Source of the DNA: Candidatus Gygaella obscura
Lineage (GTDB): Bacteria; Omnitrophota; Gorgyraeia; Gygaellales; Gygaellaceae
Direction: 5' to 3'
Length of the DNA: 64,000 bases
NCBI GenBank assembly: GCA_030765485.1
Contig: JAVCCR010000014.1
Span: 14,332 to 78,331 of the forward strand
Numbering within the stretch: the stretch's first letter is position 1; the number at the start of each line of letters is the position of its first letter. Shown one piece after another: positions 57,416 to 64,000 of this stretch. The notes under the pieces were generated by a model. It was not told the DNA's origin. It did no database searches and worked only from the letters and a program-made list of their open reading frames with translations. A program made the translations under genes and the position numbers.

Positions 57416-59592
57416 AGCTTTTATTTATTCAGTTACCTTCTCCAGAGTATGTTTTTCAGAAGTTTTGGGGAAATGTTCCTCTTGCCGCGGGTTATCTCAA
57501 GGCCATGGCTTATAAAAATAAACTACTTAAGTATATTGATATAGAAATTTTAAGGCCCATAGATACAAATCTATCTTCAGATTCAAGACTTGTTAATTTA
57601 ATAGTTAATAAATCTCCTGATGTATTAGCGGTATCTTTATATATCTGGAATTCTTTGAGAAGTCTCCATATGATTAATCAGGTAAAGAAGAAATTACCAA
57701 ACATTACTATACTTTGTGGGGGGTCAGAGGTATCGGATGATTCTAAATATATTCTTAATAATCCGAATGTAGATTTTGGTTTTCTTGGAGAAAGCGAGAT
57801 ATCATTCGTTAACTTTTTGAAGGAATTAATTAGTAAAAATAGAGATTTTAGTAAAGTAAAAGGTATTTTTTATCGCGAAAAAGATAGAATTATAATTAAT
57901 CCCAGAGAAGAAATTATGCATAATCTAGATGAAATTCCATCTCCTTTTGAATTAGGTTTTCTGGATGTGTCTGAATATAAAGTAGTATCCTATGAGTCCG
58001 TTAGAGGGTGTATTAATAATTGTTCTTATTGTGGTGTAGGAATAAGACCAATGAGGTTTTTTTCTGCAAAAAGAGTAGGTAACGATTTAAAAATTATTAT
58101 TAAAAAAAGAGTTATAGCAATTCGTTTTATTGATAGTGATATCTTACTTCATCCTTATTTTGAGCAAATTGGTGAACAGATTAAGGTTATTAATAGAAAT
58201 AAAAACACTGTATTCTTTGCTTTTTCATATCCAGAGAGGATAGATCAAAGAATAGCGAGGCTTTTTAAAGATTGTAATTTTGATTTTTTTGAATTAGGTT
58301 TACAGTGTTTAAAAACTAAGACATTTAGAAATATTAAAAGATCTATTATGAATAAACAAAAGTTTATTAAAGGAATTAGGTGTTTATCAAAAGAAGGAAT
58401 CAATTATGCTATTGATGTTATGATAGGTTTACCTGATGATACCTTGTCAGATTTGAAAAAGGTAAAAAAGTTTATAGATAATAATAGGATTCCTAAGATT
58501 ATCCCTGCAGTTTTGATGATACTTCCTGATACACCTTTAAGAAAACAAGCAAAGAAACGCAAGATAGTGTTTTCAAAAATTCCTCCATATTTTATTAAAA
58601 AAGCTCCTTATATTTCAGGTGATGAAATCAAAAAGGCTAAAGATTTGTTAGGAGTAAGAGAAGATTACGTTAAGTTACCAGATTTATTTTCTGAGAATTA
58701 TGATCTTCCATTTAGATCAAAGCTTCAAATAAAGACAAATAATCTAAATTTATCAAAAGTGGGTAATGGAAAATTACTAATAAATAAGTTGATTATTGAT
58801 TTAGACAATCTAAATTATTTGAGTTTTAAAAAAAAGATTAGTTTAGTCTTAAAAAATATTTCATCTCCATTTACTTTTTGGATAAAAACAAGAGATTTTG
58901 ATAGATCAGTTGGTTTATTTTACGAGATTGTTGATTTCATAGCATTGGATAATCCATATTTAATGTGGAATATAATTATTGAAAGCAAAAAGGTCTTTTC
59001 TAGGACAATACCAAGAGAAATTAGTAAAAAGGTTATTTGTAAAGAAAATGTCGTGGCGGATATCTGTAATTGTGTTAAACCTATAAAAATCTGTGCTGTT
59101 TTTGATTTTGGTTTGACTGAAGAAAAAGAAATCTCAGATTTAAATATGGAAATTCCAGTTTTTCGATCTATTTTTGCTAAGGATACTTTGAATTTTGAAA
59201 AAGATTGCTTAAAGGTTTTAGAATTAAATAATTCTAAAGGTATAATTGTATCATTCAAAAAAAACTTAGACCATAAAGATTTCATTATAATGTTAGATTT
59301 TATGTTTAGTTTATTTCATAAATCCTCCAAAGATGTTGTTTTTAGAAGTTACGTAGTAAGATTTCTTTGGAAGTTATTTACTAAGAAAGATAAGAATATT
59401 GTTATTTTTCCTGATGTTTTAGAGTCTATTTTAAAGTTAGGGCATAAAAATAATTATTTATTTATTGAGGCTAATACTAAGTTATTGTATTCTTTGCTAT
59501 GTCTACAGTTGGAATTCAATAAGTATATTAATAATAGTACTAAAGATTTAAATAATTCTTTATCTAATCATAAAAATGACTATTTTGTATAG
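57394..59592 (+). CDS. B12-binding (class B) radical SAM protein with long C-terminal extension
   Basis: 'KIKLLFIQLPSPEYVFQKFWGNVPLAAGYLKAMAY' B12-binding-like N-terminus, 'RGCINNCSYCGVG'. Start uncertain: TTG 57394 has an 'aggtaagga' RBS, and the ORF track offers TTG 57346. Confidence 0.7.
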   Translation: MAKKKKIKLLFIQLPSPEYVFQKFWGNVPLAAGYLKAMAYKNKLLKYIDIEILRPIDTNLSSDSRLVNLIVNKSPDVLAVSLYIWNSLRSLHMINQVKKKLPNITILCGGSEVSDDSKYILNNPNVDFGFLGESEISFVNFLKELISKNRDFSKVKGIFYREKDRIIINPREEIMHNLDEIPSPFELGFLDVSEYKVVSYESVRGCINNCSYCGVGIRPMRFFSAKRVGNDLKIIIKKRVIAIRFIDSDILLHPYFEQIGEQIKVINRNKNTVFFAFSYPERIDQRIARLFKDCNFDFFELGLQCLKTKTFRNIKRSIMNKQKFIKGIRCLSKEGINYAIDVMIGLPDDTLSDLKKVKKFIDNNRIPKIIPAVLMILPDTPLRKQAKKRKIVFSKIPPYFIKKAPYISGDEIKKAKDLLGVREDYVKLPDLFSENYDLPFRSKLQIKTNNLNLSKVGNGKLLINKLIIDLDNLNYLSFKKKISLVLKNISSPFTFWIKTRDFDRSVGLFYEIVDFIALDNPYLMWNIIIESKKVFSRTIPREISKKVICKENVVADICNCVKPIKICAVFDFGLTEEKEISDLNMEIPVFRSIFAKDTLNFEKDCLKVLELNNSKGIIVSFKKNLDHKDFIIMLDFMFSLFHKSSKDVVFRSYVVRFLWKLFTKKDKNIVIFPDVLESILKLGHKNNYLFIEANTKLLYSLLCLQLEFNKYINNSTKDLNNSLSNHKNDYFV

Positions 59593-59613
59593 AAATATAT
59601 TTTGTGGTATAAT
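59585..59613 (+). promoter_or_regulatory. Extended -10 sigma70 promoter for the small peptide gene (TTGTAT-17-TGgTATAAT)
   Basis: -35 at 59585-59590, TG at 59605-59606, perfect TATAAT at 59608-59613. Followed by AGGAGG (59632-59637) 7 nt before the ATG at 59645. Confidence 0.4.
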
Positions 59614-59644
59614 TAATTATTAATTGGATTAAGGAGGAGTGATT

Positions 59645-59881
59645 ATGAAGAAGAAAAAATTTATTTCACCGAAAATTTCTGTGATAAAACTTGCCCCTGA
59701 GCAGGCGGTTTTATCTTGTAATTGTTATAGTAGCGGGAGCCATGTTACTGGCAGTAGTGTACATAATGTTGGAATTGCTTCTGCGTCAAGAGGTTATTGT
59801 TGGGCAAGGGGAAATGCATTTCATTTAATTCATGCAAGTGGGGGAAGATGGGGTTCTGCAAGCAGTTCAAGTAGTTCCTAG
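59645..59881 (+). CDS. 78-aa Ser/Gly/His-rich peptide with basic N-terminal leader-like segment and poly-Ser C-terminus; candidate RiPP/glycopeptide precursor
   Basis: MKKKKFISPKISVIKLAPEQAVLSCNCYSSGSHVTGSSVHNVGIASASRGYCWARGNAFHLIHASGGRWGSASSSSSS. Has its own promoter and consensus RBS, and is flanked by modifying enzymes. Confidence 0.5.
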   Translation: MKKKKFISPKISVIKLAPEQAVLSCNCYSSGSHVTGSSVHNVGIASASRGYCWARGNAFHLIHASGGRWGSASSSSSS

Positions 59882-59961
59882 TCTATCTATAATATAATGT
59901 GGTTTCTATTCAATTAATAAACTAATAATATTATAACATTAGGTAAATATATTTGCTTTTT

Positions 59962-60915
59962 ATGAAAACGGGCAAATTAAAACATATATATAAATTCAAA
60001 ATAGCAGATATAATTGTTCATATATCAAGCTATATAAAATTAAGGGATAATTCATTTACCCTCCATAAGCAGAGGTTTTCCCGTTTTATGTACAGCGGTA
60101 AAAAACTCCCTTCTATCACAATCGATGTAAAAGTAGTAGATTCTTTTCCCGAAATAACCTTAAAGCCTATTTTTGTAGTTTATGATTTGGATCTAGATAG
60201 TGCAAATTGGAAATTATACAAGAAAAATAATGAGTACATCTACGCAATAAAATGCATAGGAACGGATATGGTCGCTTTTATAAATAGAAAGTTTGATAAA
60301 GCTCGTGTTTTTATCAGTAAGAAAGAAGAATGTAACTATCGGGGAGAATTTATTAGATTTGATTTTTCTTGGGAGATATACGACGTTGTTACATATCTAC
60401 TTCAATTTCTTATGACTCATTATTTGATTGAAAATAAATTAGGAGTGATAATACATTGTTGTGGTATAAAAAATCGTTTTAATAAAGGGTTTATTTTTGC
60501 AGGTAGTTCTGGATGCGGAAAGACAACAATTGCGAGAATAATGGAGAAATCAAAAGAAAATGAAGTTTTAAACGACGATAGGATAATTGTTAGAAAAAGT
60601 AAAGATAAGTTTAAAATGTATGCCTCTCCTTGGAGAGGGGAGTTTGAGAATTTTGTAAATTCAAATACAAATGGGATTGATTTAAATAAAATTTATTTTA
60701 TTTATCCTCACCAGGAAAATGTATTAGGTTTAATTGAACCCAAAAAAGCTTTTTACAAAATAAGTACTTTGATTTTAGCGTCATTTTGGAATAAAGAATA
60801 TATTAAGAGAGCTTTTGATTTCTGTAAGTATTTAGTGAAAGATATTTCTTGCTATGATCTTGGGTTTAAAAACAACAAATCAATAACAAAATATTTGTTT
60901 TCAAAAAAGAAATAA
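59962..60915 (+). CDS. HPr-kinase/phosphorylase C-terminal-domain-like P-loop protein
   Basis: 'GFIFAGSSGCGKTTIARI' matches the HprK-type GxSGxGK(S/T) P-loop. ATG at 59962 (the ORF-track TTG at 59953 is an alternative). Confidence 0.5.
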   Translation: MKTGKLKHIYKFKIADIIVHISSYIKLRDNSFTLHKQRFSRFMYSGKKLPSITIDVKVVDSFPEITLKPIFVVYDLDLDSANWKLYKKNNEYIYAIKCIGTDMVAFINRKFDKARVFISKKEECNYRGEFIRFDFSWEIYDVVTYLLQFLMTHYLIENKLGVIIHCCGIKNRFNKGFIFAGSSGCGKTTIARIMEKSKENEVLNDDRIIVRKSKDKFKMYASPWRGEFENFVNSNTNGIDLNKIYFIYPHQENVLGLIEPKKAFYKISTLILASFWNKEYIKRAFDFCKYLVKDISCYDLGFKNNKSITKYLFSKKK

Positions 60916-60922
60916 GTAAACA

Positions 60923-62146
60923 ATGAAATGGCTAAGAATTGAAGTAGCGAATTATTGTAATTTAGAGTGTAAATATTGTTTTTTTGCTGATTTAAGGAGC
61001 AAGAATAAAGATGATGTTATGAGTTTTGATGAGTTTAAAAGAATTGTTAGTCTTTGTCGTAAGGAAGGGATTAAGGAAATTTATATACAGGGCGGCGAGC
61101 CTATGCAGAATCCTAATATTGAAAAAATGATTAACTTATTGGTTTCTTATGATGATTTTAATGTAACTTTATTTACAAACGGGTTGTTTCCTATTGGTTT
61201 AACAGAGATTTTAAATTATCCAAGAATAAAAACGCTTTTAAATTATAATCACCCAAATAATTGTAATAATTATAAAGATTGGGAAGATATAAATCAAAAC
61301 ATAAAAAAACTGAAAAAAATTGGTGCAGATTTTTCTCTAGGTTTTAATTTTTATCAACATAAACCAGACTATGGATATTTTATTGACGCCATAAAAAAAT
61401 ATAAGTTTAAAAACATAAGATGGGATTTAGCAAGGCCTTCTGGTATGCTTAAAAATAGTTTTTTTTCTTTTAAAGAGATATTCAGTTTGCGTATCATCTT
61501 AGCAAAGTTTTTAAAAGACTGTCTTGATGCTGGAGCATTTCCTAATTCAGATTGTCCTCTGCCGGTATGTTTCACGAAAGATAAGATTTTTTCTTTTCTT
61601 CCCAGGGGACTATTTAGTCCTTTTTCGAGCTGTGATTCAATTGTTAATATTGGTCCAGGGTTGCGAATTTCTAGTTGTCCGGCATCAGTGATGTTTGATA
61701 AGATAAGACTTGATGATTTCGGTTCTTTAAATCAAGTAGCAGAATTTGTATCTTACTCTATAGATAAAATAAGATGGAGAATTCCTTCAAACGTTAAATG
61801 CAAAAAATGTTTTTATTGGGAAAATAGACTTTGTCAAGGTGGTTGTGTAGGTTATAAACGTATAAATAATAATAAAGTTATTGGACGTAGAGAGTTGCAC
61901 GATTTTTTTAAAGATAAGGATAATTATAAAAAGATATCTTCCAGGGATAGTTTCTATTCTAAGAAATTGAATAAAGAGAAAGATTTCTTTAAAAAAGGAC
62001 TTTTGTCGCTGAAAATTAGTGATAATGATCAGGCTTTTAAAAATTTCATTAAAGTAGATAAAAGAACGCTTTCTATAACAGAGAAAAAATGGTTAAACAA
62101 CTATTTGAATGATCAGATTAGTTTTATTGTAAATGAGAGAAATTAA
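60923..62146 (+). CDS. Radical SAM/SPASM-like protein
   Basis: 'NYCNLECKYCFF', 'IQGGEP', C-terminal 'CPLPVCF...SSCDS...SSCPAS...CKKCFYWENRLCQGGCVGY'. Confidence 0.8.
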   Translation: MKWLRIEVANYCNLECKYCFFADLRSKNKDDVMSFDEFKRIVSLCRKEGIKEIYIQGGEPMQNPNIEKMINLLVSYDDFNVTLFTNGLFPIGLTEILNYPRIKTLLNYNHPNNCNNYKDWEDINQNIKKLKKIGADFSLGFNFYQHKPDYGYFIDAIKKYKFKNIRWDLARPSGMLKNSFFSFKEIFSLRIILAKFLKDCLDAGAFPNSDCPLPVCFTKDKIFSFLPRGLFSPFSSCDSIVNIGPGLRISSCPASVMFDKIRLDDFGSLNQVAEFVSYSIDKIRWRIPSNVKCKKCFYWENRLCQGGCVGYKRINNNKVIGRRELHDFFKDKDNYKKISSRDSFYSKKLNKEKDFFKKGLLSLKISDNDQAFKNFIKVDKRTLSITEKKWLNNYLNDQISFIVNERN

Positions 62147-62165
62147 AGCATTTTCGTGGTTTTAA

Positions 62166-62894
62166 ATGAAAAAAGAAAGTTTGATTGTTTTGTTTTCCGG
62201 GGGGGTTGATTCTACTTATACCGCCATGAAAATGGCAGATATTTATAAGACTCTGCATTGCCTTACTTATGAAAGATTTGGTTTTATAAATGCAAGTAAT
62301 TCTGAAAAAAGTTTCCAGCAGGTATCTGAAAATAACAAAGACATCAAAGCAGTACATAAAATTATTAATATCGATAATTTTGTTAAGAAAGTTTCCTACA
62401 GTAATTATTTAATAAATCTTTGTAAATATGGTTTTGTTGTTCTGTCGAATTGTCTTATTTGCAAATTAGCAATGCATTGGAGGACAATAATTTATTGTAG
62501 AGAAAATAATTTGAAAGAGGTTTGTGATGGTGCAAATAAGGAAATGTATGGAGACCCATCCCAGAATAAAGTTATTTTAGAAAAGATTGTGAAGTTGTAC
62601 GAGTATTTTAATATTAGATATTTTAGTCCATTTTTTGATGAGTTAAGAAAAGAAAGAGAAGATTATCTTTTTGCTGTTGAAATAATTCCTGTGCAGTATG
62701 CGAAATGGAGTAGGTTTTCAAGGGAGAGACAACCTTTTTGTTGCCAAGAGCATCTATCTGTTTTATTTAAGCGGTTTAGAGAAAATATTTTAAATCAATA
62801 TTCTAATTTGAATATGAAAAATATCGAAAAAGATATTTGTGAGTATTGTGATGAAAAAATAAGCTGTATCAAAAATGAAATTGAAAGAAATTAG
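62166..62894 (+). CDS. PP-loop ATP pyrophosphatase family protein (QueC/ExsB-like)
   Basis: 'LIVLFSGGVDSTYTA' SGGxDS motif. C-terminal Cys pairs ('CEYCDEKISC'). Confidence 0.55.
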   Translation: MKKESLIVLFSGGVDSTYTAMKMADIYKTLHCLTYERFGFINASNSEKSFQQVSENNKDIKAVHKIINIDNFVKKVSYSNYLINLCKYGFVVLSNCLICKLAMHWRTIIYCRENNLKEVCDGANKEMYGDPSQNKVILEKIVKLYEYFNIRYFSPFFDELRKEREDYLFAVEIIPVQYAKWSRFSRERQPFCCQEHLSVLFKRFRENILNQYSNLNMKNIEKDICEYCDEKISCIKNEIERN

Positions 62895-63318
62895 ATTTTT
62901 GTCTTTGTGTTTGAATGTATTACGACATGGATTACTTTTTTTGAAGCTACTAGTTGCAGTATTTTTACCTTATAAAATTAGATGTTTTTATTCTGAATGG
63001 TTAATGAAACTGGAATTTGGTTTTAAAATTGATAAGAAAAATGGCATTATAGCAGGTGAAAAATTTGATAGAAGAAGAGAATATGATATTTTTGTTTCAA
63101 GAGGGATAGCTTACTATAATGATGGTTGTGTTGAAAAGGCATTAAAAAGCTTTAATAAAGCATTGGAGTTGTCTTTTAATAAAAAAAGCGCATTTTATGT
63201 TTATTCACTGCTTCAAGAAATATATAGCAAGAATGATATTACTGATTTATATTTTGAAACAATTTTGAGTGCTTATAAATCCAAAAAAGATTTAATTAAT
63301 AAGGAAGAGGTTTTGTAG
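62875..63318 (+). CDS. Small hypothetical protein with TPR-like helical repeat
   Basis: 'GIAYYNDGCVEKALKSFNKALELSFNKKSAFYVYSLLQEIY' is TPR-like. Overlaps the upstream gene by 20 nt. Confidence 0.4.
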   Translation: MKLKEIRFLSLCLNVLRHGLLFLKLLVAVFLPYKIRCFYSEWLMKLEFGFKIDKKNGIIAGEKFDRRREYDIFVSRGIAYYNDGCVEKALKSFNKALELSFNKKSAFYVYSLLQEIYSKNDITDLYFETILSAYKSKKDLINKEEVL

Positions 63319-63319
63319 C

Positions 63320-64000
63320 GTGGTAAACAAGAAGATTTTTTTAATTGAAAATCATGATAGTGCTTTGAAAGTTTGGAAAGACAATAGAATTAAATGTTGT
63401 AATTTGGTGCACATAGATGCTCATATTGACTGGAATTTCATTAAAGCAAGACCTTTAAAGCGCGTACTTAAAGAGTCTTGTTCTTTAAAAGAATTAAAGA
63501 CTAATCTTGAGTATAGCTATGCCTATTTGCGTTACGATCGTGATTTTAATAAGCAAGTCAATGAGGGCAATTATATTTTTCAGGCTTTTGAAGAAGGCAT
63601 AGTTAAAGATTTTTTTTGGGTTATTCCAGGAGATAAGAAAATATTTAAAGATTCAAGCAAGATTATAAGAGGATTACTTTTAAGAATTGGTAGGTTTTAT
63701 AGTAAAAAAAGCACTATAAGAATCGATAAAAAATCGTGCAAAGCGGAAATAAGATTCAATGGAAGAAAGATAGTATTTTGTACTTTGGACGGCCTTGATT
63801 TTATCAACAGAGATGTGCTTCTTGATATAGACATAGATTTTTTGGTGATTAAAAGCATTAAGCGGTCTCTTAATATTCAAGATATAGGAACACGGCAGCT
63901 ATGGATAAACCCTGAGAAATTAATTGTTTGTTTAAAAAGTAAAATTCGTAAATTCAAGATTGCAACAATTGCGTATTCTGTTAATGGGGGGTGGACTCCT
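63320..64000 (+). CDS. Hypothetical protein, 3'-partial (open to the window end); GTG start 2 nt after the upstream stop
   Basis: Frame 2 is open from 63320 to the window edge. 'IFLIENHDSALKVWKDNRIKCCNLVHIDAHIDWN' resembles a metal-binding DxHxD-type motif. Missing from the ORF track only because no stop falls inside the window. Confidence 0.45.
   Translation, partial: MVNKKIFLIENHDSALKVWKDNRIKCCNLVHIDAHIDWNFIKARPLKRVLKESCSLKELKTNLEYSYAYLRYDRDFNKQVNEGNYIFQAFEEGIVKDFFWVIPGDKKIFKDSSKIIRGLLLRIGRFYSKKSTIRIDKKSCKAEIRFNGRKIVFCTLDGLDFINRDVLLDIDIDFLVIKSIKRSLNIQDIGTRQLWINPEKLIVCLKSKIRKFKIATIAYSVNGGWTP

Noticed and set aside
59645-59881. Lasso-peptide interpretation of the 78-aa peptide (prompted by the HprK-like kinase, PP-loop ATPase and transglutaminase-like neighbour)
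   Set aside because: The putative core has no Asp or Glu for isopeptide ring closure. The PP-loop protein is QueC-sized (242 aa), not an ~600-aa Asn-synthetase-like lasso cyclase, and no B1/RRE gene is evident.
2977-63880. All minus-strand ORFs in the six-frame track (for example 2977-3309, 3667-4152, 14018-14560, 15239-15637, 31902-32237, 58920-59285, 63680-63880)
   Set aside because: Each lies entirely inside a well-supported + strand gene. Their translations are low-complexity (Leu/Ser/Phe/Ile-rich, typical of antisense AT-rich coding DNA) with no recognisable motifs or RBS.
1-64000. CRISPR arrays, tRNA/rRNA genes, transposases, integrases, phage genes
   Set aside because: No direct-repeat/spacer periodicity, no cloverleaf-like or rRNA-like segments, and no recognisable transposase, integrase or phage structural motifs were seen in any frame.

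Overview
The window is AT-rich bacterial chromosome, and every credible gene lies on the + strand. I saw no rRNA, tRNA, CRISPR array, transposase or integrase.

The first ~19 kb is ordinary: an ilvD-like dehydratase running off the 5' edge, a split Na/Pi-cotransporter + PhoU-like pair, a multi-PAS histidine kinase with a stand-alone receiver, a set of transport and sugar-nucleotide genes, and rlmN. The notable element here is a Fur-family regulator with a clean sigma70 promoter and an inverted-repeat operator, heading a run of iron-sulfur handling genes (DUF5320, two NifX/NafY-like FeMo-cofactor-domain proteins, two MinD-type ATPases with ferredoxin inserts, a small radical SAM protein, DUF89, an MBL-fold protein).

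From ~19 kb to the 3' edge is one very large glycan-assembly island. It encodes a Wzm/Wzt ABC exporter whose Wzt carries two C-terminal carbohydrate-binding-like domains, and a 2163-aa GT2–coiled-coil–TM–GT2–GT4–rSAM–rSAM fusion protein. It also carries several GT2/GT4/GT26 enzymes, a GtrB-like GT2 with GT-C-like membrane proteins, two Wzy_C (O-antigen-ligase/O-OTase-like) proteins and two SGNH hydrolases. Most strikingly, it holds at least 14 radical-SAM domains (SPASM/twitch-type and B12-binding class B), several fused two or three per polypeptide with clearly paralogous modules.

The 3' end of the island (~56–63.3 kb) looks like a RiPP-style sub-cluster: a well-expressed 78-aa Ser/Gly/His-rich peptide with a poly-Ser C-terminus, flanked by rSAM/SPASM enzymes, a B12-rSAM, an S24/S26-like peptidase, an HPr-kinase-like P-loop protein and a PP-loop ATPase. 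I consider the radical-SAM-saturated glycan (possibly glycopeptide) pathway the candidate for a previously undescribed system.

Separately, an 18.8-kb intergenic region holds a DUF2934-like relic ORF interrupted by three in-frame stop codons with no frameshift.
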